Below, in pieces: positions 30,270 through 40,437 of a DNA stretch of 64,000 bases. The stretch's first letter is position 1. Every line of letters starts with the position of its first letter. A program made the translations under genes and the position numbers. The notes beneath the pieces are model-generated. The model was not told the DNA's origin and made no database searches. It worked only from the letters and a program-made list of their open reading frames with translations. The stretch is taken from assembly GCA_964248365.1 (NCBI GenBank), contig CAXTYC010000016.1, forward strand, positions 32,001-96,000, written 5' to 3'. Source of the DNA: an uncultured Chroococcidiopsis sp. (GTDB taxonomy: Bacteria > Cyanobacteriota > Cyanobacteriia > Cyanobacteriales > Chroococcidiopsidaceae).

Positions 30270-31160
30270 ATGAATAAGAAAAAAGGAAAACGATCGCTCA
30301 CTCTTTCGCTGCAAGAATATTTGCGGGGGATTACGGGTGGACTGTTGTTTAGTTTGCCACTACTTTACACGATGGAAGTATGGTGGGCTGGGTTTATCAG
30401 CCATCCCTTGCGCTTGCTAATCTACGTCCTCGTCACCTTCACCCTGCTATTGGGTTATAACCGCTACGGTGGGCTACGACGCTCTGCCAGTCCGGTTGAG
30501 GTAGCAATTGATTCGGTCGAGGAAATGGGAATTGGTTTGGTCATTGCCGCAGTTGTTCTCTGGCTACTAGGTCAAATCAGGGCTGAAATGACGATTGCAG
30601 AAATTGCCGGAAAAATCATTGTGGAAGCAATGACTGTAGCGATTGGTGTATCTGTAGGTACTGCTCAGCTAGGTGGTGGTGAAGGTGAGCAGGAGGAAGA
30701 TAAGGGGATGAAGGGCGAAGACGACTGTACAAGTTCTAGTCCTGCACCTTTCTTGGCAGACAAGGATAACGACTTGGGAGGACAGTTAACCCTTGCTTTA
30801 TGTGGAGCCGTCCTGTTTGCTAGCAACGTCGCCCCAACAGAAGAAATTATCCAGATTGCGATTGAAACTTCGCCCTGGAAATTGCTCGGTCTAGCGGTAC
30901 TCTCGATACTGCTAGCTACACTGATCCTATTTTACAGTGACTTTACTGGCTCACAGCGCTTTAGTGAAGCCAGAGGCATTAAAACCGTCGTCTTTGGCGC
31001 AGTTGTGACATATGCGATCGCTCTAATAGCTTCTGCTGCCATCCTCTGGTTTTTTGGACGCTTCGACGGCACTGCACCGATTCTAAGCCTTGCTCAAACA
31101 GTCGTTTTAGGAGTCGCCTCCACCCTAGGTGCTTCCGCTGGTAGGCTTTTACTGCAATGA
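30270..31160 (+). CDS. TIGR02587 family membrane protein
   Basis: Motifs GGLLFSLPLLYTMEVWW, NVAPTEEI and LGASAGRL. Confidence 0.85.
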   Translation: MNKKKGKRSLTLSLQEYLRGITGGLLFSLPLLYTMEVWWAGFISHPLRLLIYVLVTFTLLLGYNRYGGLRRSASPVEVAIDSVEEMGIGLVIAAVVLWLLGQIRAEMTIAEIAGKIIVEAMTVAIGVSVGTAQLGGGEGEQEEDKGMKGEDDCTSSSPAPFLADKDNDLGGQLTLALCGAVLFASNVAPTEEIIQIAIETSPWKLLGLAVLSILLATLILFYSDFTGSQRFSEARGIKTVVFGAVVTYAIALIASAAILWFFGRFDGTAPILSLAQTVVLGVASTLGASAGRLLLQ

Positions 31161-31543
31161 ATAAACTAGAAAAGAATTGGCTAGAGTGGATTGTGTTTGC
31201 TGCCAGTCTAGTCCTTGTATTGAGTACACTGGGATATTTGGTTTACGATGGTGCTACTATGGGAGACTCCCGTGCCAAAATCGAGTTTCAACTCGGTCAA
31301 CCGCAACCGCAATCAAACTACTTTATGGTTCCTGTAACAGTGAGCAATCGCGGCGACGAGACGGCGGAAGGAGTGCATATTGAAGTTACGCTCGAAAGCG
31401 GTGGTAAGGAACAAGAAAATGCCTCTTTCGAGATCGCTTTCCTCCCTCGACACTCCACCCGTGAAGGCTGGGTAACATTTAAAACTGATCCCCGCAGTGT
31501 AGAACAGATGCAAGCACGGGTACTGGGTTTTGAAAAGCCTTAA
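31157..31543 (+). CDS. TIGR02588 family protein
   Basis: NWLEWIVF...V.N.GDETAE; ATGA-coupled to the upstream gene. Confidence 0.8.
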   Translation: MNKLEKNWLEWIVFAASLVLVLSTLGYLVYDGATMGDSRAKIEFQLGQPQPQSNYFMVPVTVSNRGDETAEGVHIEVTLESGGKEQENASFEIAFLPRHSTREGWVTFKTDPRSVEQMQARVLGFEKP

Positions 31544-31836
31544 TAGAGGCTAGGGGCTAGGGGCTAGGGGCTAGAGGAAAGCAGGGGGAGCTGGGGAAGA
31601 AATTACCTTTACCGCAATACCTCTTTACCCTTTTACCTTTTCCCTTTTCCCTTTTCCATCTGCTAGGTAAATTCTCAGATTTAAAATTGGCTATTAAATT
31701 AAGGGTTTTAGCTCTATCTTTATACAGATTTTATAAAAAGAAAACTTTCTTTTTGAAATTATTATGCAACTGCATATACTTAAGGTGCTAATTATTACTA
31801 TCATAGCTAAGTGCAGATAATTTTGATAATTTAGCT

Positions 31837-33951
31837 ATGGCAGATCGCTCGCCCAATAATAGTAATTATATTGATGCCATTGTTAAACAGGTGCGCTCTA
31901 AAACTCGTGCCAGCATCATCAATCAGTGCGGCACAATGCAAGTGCTGGATATGACACAGCCGATTGGATTAAATGACATTTATGTCAACGTAAATATTCT
32001 AGAAACAATAGTTGGGCGTAGGCGACTAGACATAACCCAATTGCTCGAAAGTAGTCAACCAGAACAATTTAATCGCTGGGGATTAAGCAAGGTTACAGAG
32101 CAAAGGGTATCTGGTCTAAATGCTGTTGAAAAATATTCAAAGCTAGTTGTACTAGGTAAACCAGGCTCAGGTAAAACAACTTTTTTGAAGTATTTAGCTC
32201 TTGGGTGCAGCTTGGAGGAATTTCTAGTTAAAAAATTTCCAATTTTTATTACTATTAAGGACTTTGCAGAAGCCCAAGCCCCTACATTACTCATTTACAT
32301 AACGCAAATAATGCAAGCTTGCGGCGTAACTAAGAAGCAAGCAATCAAGTTATTACAACACGGTAAAGCAATAATTTTATTGGATGGCTTAGATGAAGTA
32401 AAAGAAGAAGACAGCCAGCGTGTCTTACAGCATATACAAAATTTTTCTACTCAATTCAACCAAAATAACTTTGTTATAACTTGTAGGATTACTGGAGAAC
32501 AATATAATTTTAATAGTTTTACAGAAGTTGAAATCGCCGATTTTGATTTTCAGCAGATTAGTACTTTCGTTAGTAAGTGGTTTGCCAGTGTTGAGCCAAT
32601 TAAGAGTAAGAGATTTATCCAAAAGCTTCAAGAAAATGAATCGATTCAAGAATTAGCAAATAATCCGTTATTGCTAACTTTACTGTGCTTAACGTTTCAA
32701 GAAACAGCCGAATTTCCTTGGAATCGTTTAGAGCTATACCAAGAAGGAATTAACCTGTTGCTGAAGAAATGGGACGCTAAGAAGAATGTGGAGCGATCGC
32801 AGCTATATAAAAAGTTATCTTACCAGCACAAACAAGACTTACTCAGTCAAATTGCCTATATTAATTTTGAGCAAAATAAATACTTTTTTAAACAGCAAGA
32901 ACTAGAGCAATATATTGCAGATTATATCAGCAACTTATTTGATGCTGATCCTGCCCACTTAAGAATTGATAGTGCAAAGATACTGAAAACGATTGAATTA
33001 CAACATGGTTTATTAGTAGAAAGAGCAAAAGGAATTTACTCATTCTCCCACTTGACTTTTCAAGAGTATTTTACAGCTAGACAAATTGCTGTTTGTTCTC
33101 ACCCACAAGCATTAGAAACGTCTTTGCAAAAACTAGTAAGCCGAACTACAGACAAAAGATGGCACGAAGTATTTTTATTAACTGTAGGAATGTTGCGTAA
33201 TGCAAGCTATCTGCTCCAATTAATGAAGAAAAAAGTTGATTTGATAGTAGCTGGGGATCGGCAATTACAACAATTTATTGCTTGGGCAAGTTATAAATCT
33301 CAGACTGTAGTTGCACCCTATAAACAAGGAGCATTACGAGCTTTTTATATAGCTCTTGGTATAAGTCTTTATCAGGTAGGACAAGCTAACCTTGACGCTG
33401 CCCTTGATTTGGCTAGTGATATTCTGGATCTTGCTTTTACCTTAGATCCTGCTTTTATCCTCAATCGTAAAGTAGCAATTGACCTAGTTATAGATAAAGC
33501 TCTTATCGTGGCGTTGGCTAGGGCAATTAATCTCAAGTTTGATTTTACCCAAGCAGGCGAGCTAGTCTCTGTATTGAGTTTAGGTATTAAACTTGCTATG
33601 GAGCCGAAGCTAAGGCAGAATGGGCAGTCCTCACTGTTATCGAAAATGCTCCTCGATCTGCAACAGCAGTTACCTAATTTAGAGCCACAAGCAAAATATG
33701 AACAGTGGTGGCAAAGTAACGGAATGGATTGGACAAAGCAGTTAAGAGCTGTGATGATTAATCAGCGTCACATTGGTTTAGACTTGCAGTTAGGCGATCG
33801 CCAAAGGGAAACATTAAAGCGGTATTATTATGCCAATCAATTGCTGCTGGCGTGTCTTGCATCCGATTGTTATGTGACCAGAGACGTGCGATCGTCTATT
33901 GAGAATACATTACTGTTGCCTGTAACACAACTGGCACAACTAGAATTTTAA
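31837..33951 (+). CDS. NACHT-domain STAND NTPase with cyanobacterial C-terminal helical domain
   Basis: Motifs GKPGSGKTT, LLDGLDE, ITCR, NPLLL, FSHLTFQEYF and YYYANQLL..CL.SDCYV. Confidence 0.9.
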   Translation: MADRSPNNSNYIDAIVKQVRSKTRASIINQCGTMQVLDMTQPIGLNDIYVNVNILETIVGRRRLDITQLLESSQPEQFNRWGLSKVTEQRVSGLNAVEKYSKLVVLGKPGSGKTTFLKYLALGCSLEEFLVKKFPIFITIKDFAEAQAPTLLIYITQIMQACGVTKKQAIKLLQHGKAIILLDGLDEVKEEDSQRVLQHIQNFSTQFNQNNFVITCRITGEQYNFNSFTEVEIADFDFQQISTFVSKWFASVEPIKSKRFIQKLQENESIQELANNPLLLTLLCLTFQETAEFPWNRLELYQEGINLLLKKWDAKKNVERSQLYKKLSYQHKQDLLSQIAYINFEQNKYFFKQQELEQYIADYISNLFDADPAHLRIDSAKILKTIELQHGLLVERAKGIYSFSHLTFQEYFTARQIAVCSHPQALETSLQKLVSRTTDKRWHEVFLLTVGMLRNASYLLQLMKKKVDLIVAGDRQLQQFIAWASYKSQTVVAPYKQGALRAFYIALGISLYQVGQANLDAALDLASDILDLAFTLDPAFILNRKVAIDLVIDKALIVALARAINLKFDFTQAGELVSVLSLGIKLAMEPKLRQNGQSSLLSKMLLDLQQQLPNLEPQAKYEQWWQSNGMDWTKQLRAVMINQRHIGLDLQLGDRQRETLKRYYYANQLLLACLASDCYVTRDVRSSIENTLLLPVTQLAQLEF

Positions 33952-34027
33952 ACTTGGAACAATTTATATCCTTGCCAGTCTCGATAACTAGCAAACAAGT
34001 GCAATTGTAAAAAAGAAAATTAATTAT

Positions 34028-34681
34028 ATGTCTATCAAGTCTTGGCAATCAGGAACAGCCGCACTCATGGCATTGGCAATTACAAGTACAACTACACCCA
34101 TGCTGATGATCCAGCCTGCTGCTGCTCAACTTTTCCCCCAATCACCTGAGAGATCGTATCAAACCACAATTCGCGCAGGTGCTTCTATTCCAGTCCGGTA
34201 TGAACAGGCAAAAAAAATCGTTGTCAGTCCCAATGAAAGAATGCCTTTAACTCTCAAGGTAGCAGCTGACGTTACCAACCGCAGTGGTACTGTATTAATT
34301 CCAGCTGGCAGCTTAATTGAAGGTCAACTGCAACCCGCTGATGGAGGATCGCAGTTTGTTGCCAGAGAATTGGTAACATACAACGGTAGACGACAACCAA
34401 TTGATGCAACTTCTGATGTAATTGAAACTACCAGAATTAATCGGGGAGTCAACACCGGATCAATATTGAAAGGTGCAGTCGTTGGAGCCGCAGCAGGGGC
34501 GGCGCTGGGAGGACTCACAGGCAACCGCCACATCGGAGTAGGAGAGGTGTTGCTCGGTGCGGGAGTTGGTGGTGCTGGTGGGGCAGTGCTAAGTCCCAAA
34601 AAAGCAGATGTGGTTGTGATTGAACCGGACAAGGATTTAGATTTGACGCTGCGCTCTAGTTTGGCAGTACAGGCATACTAG
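34028..34681 (+). CDS. Secreted protein with glycine-zipper motif
   Basis: Signal peptide (PAAA-Q), LIPAGS.IEG and GAVVGAAAGAALGG. Confidence 0.75.
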   Translation: MSIKSWQSGTAALMALAITSTTTPMLMIQPAAAQLFPQSPERSYQTTIRAGASIPVRYEQAKKIVVSPNERMPLTLKVAADVTNRSGTVLIPAGSLIEGQLQPADGGSQFVARELVTYNGRRQPIDATSDVIETTRINRGVNTGSILKGAVVGAAAGAALGGLTGNRHIGVGEVLLGAGVGGAGGAVLSPKKADVVVIEPDKDLDLTLRSSLAVQAY

Positions 34682-34698
34682 GAGTGGAACTAGTCACT

Positions 34699-35589
34699 CT
34701 ATCGCGGTACTAATTGAATTTGCTGCTGTGGCTGGGAGGAGCGATTCTGCAGAGCAGTTTGTATGCGCGGTGTTTGCAGGAACTTTTTCGTAGCGGCGAG
34801 GAGGCGATCGCCCCAAAGATTTTGTCTGAGGAACTCTAAATCGCCATAACGACCATCTATCTTAATCGCCGCTTCTCCCATTTTTAGACCTTGTTCGCGT
34901 TCGCCTTTGTTATAAAGCGCCACTCCCATCGCCAGTAGAGGTTCTGCTGCTTGCTTCTCAATTGATACTGCTGCCCGCCACTGCTTGATTGCTTCATTCA
35001 CATTGCCTTGTTCGTATCTGACCAAGCCAATATTGTTAATTGCGGGCCATTTTTCCCAGTTAGGTTGAATAACTGCTTTATTGTAAGTGGCGATCGCATC
35101 AGTTAGCTTACCTATCTTGTAGTAAGTATTACCTAGATCGAATAGCCCTTGGGGGTCATTGGGTTTTAGCCGCAACCCAGCTTGTAAACTGTCAATTGCC
35201 TTGTTGTAATTTCCCTGTTGAAAGTTTGCCGAACCGATCAAAAACAAAATTGAGGGTTCTTTGGGGGCTAGAGTTTGCGCCTTTTGGAGAGCGACGAGTG
35301 ATTGGTCATACTTATTTGTCTGTAAATACAAACCCCCTAAAATAGTCCATGCCTTGAAATTTTTGGGAGCCAATTGGGTTGCTAGCCGCGCTCTAGGCAA
35401 AGCCATATCAAACTGTTGGAATTGTGCTAACTGATATGCTTCCTGTGCTAGAAACAAACCTTGCTTTTCCATGCGAGCTGAATCAAGTTCTACTGTGTGA
35501 GGTATAAGTGCCTGCCCCGATGCAGGCGTAGTCATACTTCCTAAACCTAAAATTACCAGGAAAGATAGCAAGTAATTGCGATTCGGCAC
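34699..35589 (-). CDS. Tetratricopeptide repeat protein with signal peptide
   Basis: Multiple TPR units and the C-terminal motif NLWGDRL. Confidence 0.88.
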   Translation of the reverse strand: MPNRNYLLSFLVILGLGSMTTPASGQALIPHTVELDSARMEKQGLFLAQEAYQLAQFQQFDMALPRARLATQLAPKNFKAWTILGGLYLQTNKYDQSLVALQKAQTLAPKEPSILFLIGSANFQQGNYNKAIDSLQAGLRLKPNDPQGLFDLGNTYYKIGKLTDAIATYNKAVIQPNWEKWPAINNIGLVRYEQGNVNEAIKQWRAAVSIEKQAAEPLLAMGVALYNKGEREQGLKMGEAAIKIDGRYGDLEFLRQNLWGDRLLAATKKFLQTPRIQTALQNRSSQPQQQIQLVPR

Positions 35590-35926
35590 AGTTTCCGCCT
35601 CAGTCTAATTGCAACATAATCTTCAGTTAGCTTAAACCATACTTCTACAAATCGGCAGCAATCTTTAGCCTCTTGCTCGCCTTTGCGCCTTGGAAGCGGG
35701 GAGTTGGAAAGGGTAAAGGATAAAGGATAAAGAAGTATTGCGCTAAAGGTAATTTCTCCCACTCTCCCCTCTTGGGTAATCTACTAGGCAATACTCATCC
35801 TTTGATGCTAATACAGTAGCGGAAATCACCCAGTCAAATGGGCAAATATTACCCATTGCGGTGTAGCCTGCCCTATCGTACCACCAGCTAGGATGGTAAG
35901 TATACGAAATAATTTTGATGCCAGCA

Positions 35927-36085
35927 GTAGGGGCGATCTTTAATAGACATACCTATAACAGAACAAGCAATGCATGAAAAGATCGCCCCTACAGACTTCA
36001 ATTTTACAGGTATATCTTTTGTAGGGGCGATCTTAAAAGATACGCCTAAGAACTACTAGACAATCATAGAAAAACCCGCCCCTAC
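35927..36085. repeat. Two GTAG-type REP hairpins
   Basis: GTAGGGGCGATCTT...AAGATCGCCCCTAC and GTAGGGGCGATCTT...AAACCCGCCCCTAC. Confidence 0.8.
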
Positions 36086-36120
36086 CTCACCCTTCGTTCC
36101 TCACCCCTTTTCCCCTCGTT

Positions 36121-37575
36121 ATGACCACCAACCACCTAAAACTTCCTCTAATTGGTAAAATCAAGCATCCGTCTCGCTGGTTACTTGGACTAGCAACAGC
36201 TGGGGTTGTGGTTATTGGCTCTACGACTTATTTTGTTGTAGAGCAGGCAAAACCCAAGTTAGACGTTGCTCAACTGACTGTACCCGCCGAAGCAAAAAAT
36301 GTCACTTTGCGAATTAACGCCAGCGGTAAAGTCGTACCGATTCAGAGCGTGAACCTTAGTCCTAAAACGGCTGGGGTATTGGTAGATTTACTTGTAGAAC
36401 AGGGAGACAGGGTAGAGGCTGGGCAAGTTATTGCTCGAATGGACGATGCCGATTTGCAAGCGCAACTGCTCCAATCTAGAGCGCGTCTGGCACAGGCACA
36501 AGCGCAGTTAGATAAACTACGTACAGGTAGTCGTCCCGAAGAAATTGCCCAGGCTAGAGCGCGTCTGGCACAAGCAGAAGCTCAGCTTTCAGAAGCACGT
36601 AACGGGACTCGTCGAGAGGAAATTGAACAGGCTAAAGCTCAAGTAGAGTCGGCACAAGCACGGCTGAATCTGGCTACTAGTCGGGTGCAACGCAATCGTG
36701 AATTATACCAGCAAGGAGCAATTTCTCAAGATAAGCTCGATGAAGTTTTAGCAGATGAGCGCAGTGCCAGAGCTACCATAACAGAGATTCAAAGACGGCT
36801 AGCGCAGCTAGAAAGCGGCTCTCGTACAGAGGAAATAGCCCAAAAGCAAGCAGCAGTCGCAGAAGCTAGGGAATCTTTACGGCAGTTAGAAAATGGCAGT
36901 CGTTCAGAAGATATTGCTGATGCTAAAGGGGCTGTTAACGCTGCTCTTGGGGAATTGAAGGGTGTGCAGGTGAAGCTGGAAGACACAATTATTCGCGCTC
37001 CCTTTGCAGGAGTTGTGACGCAGAAATATGCTACAGAGGGAGCTTTTGTTACACCAACAACTTCGGCTTCTAGCACGGCATCAGCAACTTCGACTTCAAT
37101 TGTAGCGATCGCTCGTGGTTTAGAAATCTTAGCTGAAGTTCCTGAAGCTGATATCGGACAAATTAAACCAGGACAACAGGTGGAAATTATCGCTGATTCT
37201 TTTCCAGACAAGGTATTTAAAGGTCATGTTCGCTTGGTTTCTCCCGAAGCTGTACTAAACGAAAACGTCACATCTTTCCAAGTAAAAGTTGCCCTCGATA
37301 CTGGTAAAGATAAACTACTTTCTGGCATGAATGTAAACTTAACCTTTTTGGGTGCAAACCTAAAAAATGCCTTGGTAGTGCCAACAGTGGCGATCGTAAC
37401 CCAAAAAGGTAAGACTGGGGTGCTAGTACCTGGTGAGAATAATAAACCATTATTTCGCCCAGTCACAATTGGTTCAAGTATCCAAGACCAAACTCAAATT
37501 TTAGAGGGTTTGAAAGGAGGCGATCGCGTTTTTATTAACCTCCCTAAAGATCAGCAACCGAAGCAAGATGAGTAG
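36121..37575 (+). CDS. Efflux periplasmic adaptor (HlyD/MacA-like)
   Basis: VEQGDRVEAGQ, a long coiled coil with G.R.EEI repeats, and IRAPFAGVV. Confidence 0.92.
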   Translation: MTTNHLKLPLIGKIKHPSRWLLGLATAGVVVIGSTTYFVVEQAKPKLDVAQLTVPAEAKNVTLRINASGKVVPIQSVNLSPKTAGVLVDLLVEQGDRVEAGQVIARMDDADLQAQLLQSRARLAQAQAQLDKLRTGSRPEEIAQARARLAQAEAQLSEARNGTRREEIEQAKAQVESAQARLNLATSRVQRNRELYQQGAISQDKLDEVLADERSARATITEIQRRLAQLESGSRTEEIAQKQAAVAEARESLRQLENGSRSEDIADAKGAVNAALGELKGVQVKLEDTIIRAPFAGVVTQKYATEGAFVTPTTSASSTASATSTSIVAIARGLEILAEVPEADIGQIKPGQQVEIIADSFPDKVFKGHVRLVSPEAVLNENVTSFQVKVALDTGKDKLLSGMNVNLTFLGANLKNALVVPTVAIVTQKGKTGVLVPGENNKPLFRPVTIGSSIQDQTQILEGLKGGDRVFINLPKDQQPKQDE

Positions 37576-37634
37576 TCATTTGTCCTTTGTCCTTTGTCAT
37601 TGGTCATTTGTTCAAGAATAATAACTAATGACCA

Positions 37635-38015
37635 ATGGCAACAAAGCGTTTTCAAGAATTACAGGTTTATCACTTAGCAGAACGGTTAGCCGATGAAATT
37701 TAGAAAACTGTTAATACCTGGGAACCATTTGCAAAGGATACCGTAGGTAAACAGATTGTTCGTGCAGCAGACAGCATAGGTGCAAATATAGCAGAAGGAG
37801 TGGGAAGAGGATCTTTTCAGGACAATAAACGTTTTGTGAAGATAGCGAGAGGCTCTTTAAATGAAACTCAACATTGGCTAAGACGTGCTTATAATCGCAA
37901 TCTTTTAACGCCTGAACAAATATATGAACTCAACCAAATCATTAACGAACTAGCACCCAAATTAAACTCTTACCTAAAATCAATTGGTCACTTTCCACAA
38001 GAAAATGACAAATGA
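37635..38015 (+). pseudogene. Four-helix-bundle protein (TIGR02436/'23S rRNA IVS', Avd-like fold) with an internal TAG
   Basis: Reads MATKRFQELQVYHLAERLADEI*KTV...QIVRAADSIGANIAEGVGR...FVKIARGSLNETQHWL, with the TAG at 37701-37703. Confidence 0.85.
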
Positions 38016-38038
38016 CAAATGACAAATAACAAATGACA

Positions 38039-39256
38039 ATGGACATTTTAGAAAGCGTCAAAATGGCGACAAATACGCTGCTAGCTAACAAGTTACGCAG
38101 CAGTCTCACTATGTTGGGAATAATTATTGGTAACGCCTCGGTGATTGCGATGGTGGGAATTGGACAAGGAGCGCAAAAGTATGTAACTGGGCAGCTTGAG
38201 TCTCTGGGAACGAATGTATTATTTGTAGTTCCAGGCAACCGTGATGCCCAGCGGACAACGATGAATTTACCGAAAACTTTAGTTTTAGAAGATGCACAAG
38301 CGATCGCTACCCAAGTGCCAACGGTAGCAAAAGTTGCTCCTCAATTGCACTCTAGAGAATTAGTTAGCTACCGCAACAAAAACACTTATAGTTTGATTGT
38401 TGGAACTAACCCAGATTATACAGTAGTACGCAACTTTGATACTGCTCGTGGTAGATTTCTAAATAACCTGGATCTGAAGCGAAGTAACAATGTTGCTACC
38501 CTTGGTTCAGATTTGGCAAATAGATTGTTTGGCAACCAAAATCCTGTCGGTCAGCAAATAAGGATTAAAAATGTCAGCTTTTCAGTGATTGGGGTGATGG
38601 AGTCCAAAGGCTCAGCTTTGGGAACAAACTATGATGATAGTGTCTATATTCCAGTCACTACAATGGCAAGCCGAATTATTGGTAAAAATTCTCCTTATGG
38701 TGTGAATTTAACATTTATCTCGGTTTCGGCAAAAAATGATGCCAGTGTAGAAGCTGCCCAATTTCAAATTAGAAACTTGCTGCGGTTGCGGCATAAAATT
38801 ATTAGAGAAGATGACTTTAGCGTCCAAAGCCAAAAGGATGTTTTACAAATTGCTGGGACTGTTACTGGTGCATTAACATTAATGTTGGCAGCGATCGCTG
38901 GGATTTCTCTGTTAGTTGGTGGTATTGGTGTGATGAACATCATGCTTGTTTCCGTTACCGAACGCACCCAAGAAATTGGACTACGCAAAGCTCTTGGTGC
39001 TACCCAGCAAGATATCCTGATTCAATTTTTGATTGAAGCCGTCATGCTTTCTGCTGCTGGTGGTTTATTGGGTACTGGTTTGGGTGTCGGTGGAGTTTTA
39101 TTAATTGGGGCTACCACTCCGTTTCAAGCAGGAGTTTCATCAGTGGCGATCGCTTTGGCTGTAGGTATCTCTGGCGGTATTGGCGTAATTTTTGGCGTTG
39201 TTCCAGCCCGTCGCGCCGCTCAACTTGACCCGATTGTTGCTCTTAGAAGTGCTTAA
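38039..39256 (+). CDS. MacB-family ABC permease
   Basis: Motifs RSSLTMLGIIIG, GGIGVMNIMLVSVTERTQEIGLRKALGA and LDPIVALR. Confidence 0.93.
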   Translation: MDILESVKMATNTLLANKLRSSLTMLGIIIGNASVIAMVGIGQGAQKYVTGQLESLGTNVLFVVPGNRDAQRTTMNLPKTLVLEDAQAIATQVPTVAKVAPQLHSRELVSYRNKNTYSLIVGTNPDYTVVRNFDTARGRFLNNLDLKRSNNVATLGSDLANRLFGNQNPVGQQIRIKNVSFSVIGVMESKGSALGTNYDDSVYIPVTTMASRIIGKNSPYGVNLTFISVSAKNDASVEAAQFQIRNLLRLRHKIIREDDFSVQSQKDVLQIAGTVTGALTLMLAAIAGISLLVGGIGVMNIMLVSVTERTQEIGLRKALGATQQDILIQFLIEAVMLSAAGGLLGTGLGVGGVLLIGATTPFQAGVSSVAIALAVGISGGIGVIFGVVPARRAAQLDPIVALRSA

Positions 39257-39336
39257 TTAAGCTAATTACCAGTTACCAGTTACCAGTTACCGACTACCAA
39301 TTACCAATTACCAACTACCAATTACTCATCATTAAA

Positions 39337-40113
39337 ATGTTAAACAACCAACTTAAAACTCACCCCTCACCCCTCAAGAGTCACCCCTCGCCCCTCACCC
39401 CTGTCATTGTTCGCTTAGAAAACATTTCTAAAGTGTACGGCTTTGGAGAAACAGAAGTTAAAGCTTTGTCGGATGTCAATTTAATTGTAGAACAAGGCGA
39501 GTATTGCGCCATTATGGGTGCGTCTGGTTCCGGTAAGTCTACAGCAATGAATATTATCGGCTGTCTTGACCGACCTACAGAAGGACACTATTACCTAGAT
39601 AATTTGGATGTGGCAAAACTGGATGATGCAGAATTAGCACACATTCGTAACTTAAAAATTGGGTTTGTTTTCCAACAATTCCACCTCTTGCCCCAGTTGA
39701 GTGCTTTAGAAAATGTGATGCTACCGATGGTTTATGCTGGGGTAAATACTGCTCAACGCCGCGATCGCGCTATTGAAGCTTTGAAGCGAGTAGGTTTAGA
39801 AAACCGCCTCAACAATCGACCAAATCAACTTTCGGGGGGACAGCAACAACGGGTAGCGATCGCAAGGGCTATTGTCAACCGACCAGTTTTACTACTAGCC
39901 GATGAACCTACTGGCGCTCTTGACTCTCGCACTACGCAAGAAGTATTACAAATATTTGGTGAATTAAACATGGGTGGCATTACCATTGTCATGGTGACTC
40001 ACGAGCCAGATGTAGCACGGCAAACTCGGCGCATTGTCTGGTTCCGCGATGGTCAAGTTATCCACTCCCACCTAACTCCCGAAGAAATTGGTCAGGTTGC
40101 AGCCAGTCATTAA
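39337..40113 (+). CDS. MacB/LolD-type ABC ATP-binding protein
   Basis: Motifs [17 protein letters not shown] and ADEPTGALD. Confidence 0.94.
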   Translation: MLNNQLKTHPSPLKSHPSPLTPVIVRLENISKVYGFGETEVKALSDVNLIVEQGEYCAIMGASGSGKSTAMNIIGCLDRPTEGHYYLDNLDVAKLDDAELAHIRNLKIGFVFQQFHLLPQLSALENVMLPMVYAGVNTAQRRDRAIEALKRVGLENRLNNRPNQLSGGQQQRVAIARAIVNRPVLLLADEPTGALDSRTTQEVLQIFGELNMGGITIVMVTHEPDVARQTRRIVWFRDGQVIHSHLTPEEIGQVAASH

Positions 40114-40175
40114 GGGCTAGGGGAAGGGTAATGGGTAATAGGTAACCCAGTAGAAAGTAGGGGAAATACCATTTT

Positions 40176-40402
40176 TCCAACTACCGTACGCGCGGGTTTA
40201 TCAAACATACTTGTGAACAAGCGGAAAGTGGGGGTGAGGGGCGCGAAAAGTTGGGGGGTTTTTAGCAAGGGGTCTCCCCGCCTGCCCCCCATCCCCAGAG
40301 AAAACCCCATGCCCCCCCAAGCGAGTCAAGACAGAGAAGGGGAAACCCCCTCTCCCCCAACTTTTCAAGAGAACAAATAACTTGTTTAAAGTGCGCCCCT
40401 AC
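40176..40402. mobile_element. REP hairpin interrupted by a MITE-like GC-rich insert
   Basis: Outer arms GTACGCGCGGGTTTA...AAAGTGCGCCCCTAC. Inner 13-bp inverted repeat GAAAAGTTGGGGG (40245)/CCCCCAACTTTTC (40366). Confidence 0.5.
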
Positions 40403-40437
40403 CAATTACCAATTACCAACTACCACCTAGTTTCTAA

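Noticed and set aside
37701..37703. Programmed TAG recoding (pyrrolysine or readthrough)
   Set aside because: TAG is used as a normal stop in many genes here, and a single point mutation or sequencing error is simpler.
37635..38015. Diversity-generating retroelement (Avd-like gene)
   Set aside because: No reverse transcriptase and no TR/VR pair with adenine-specific mismatches were seen in the window.
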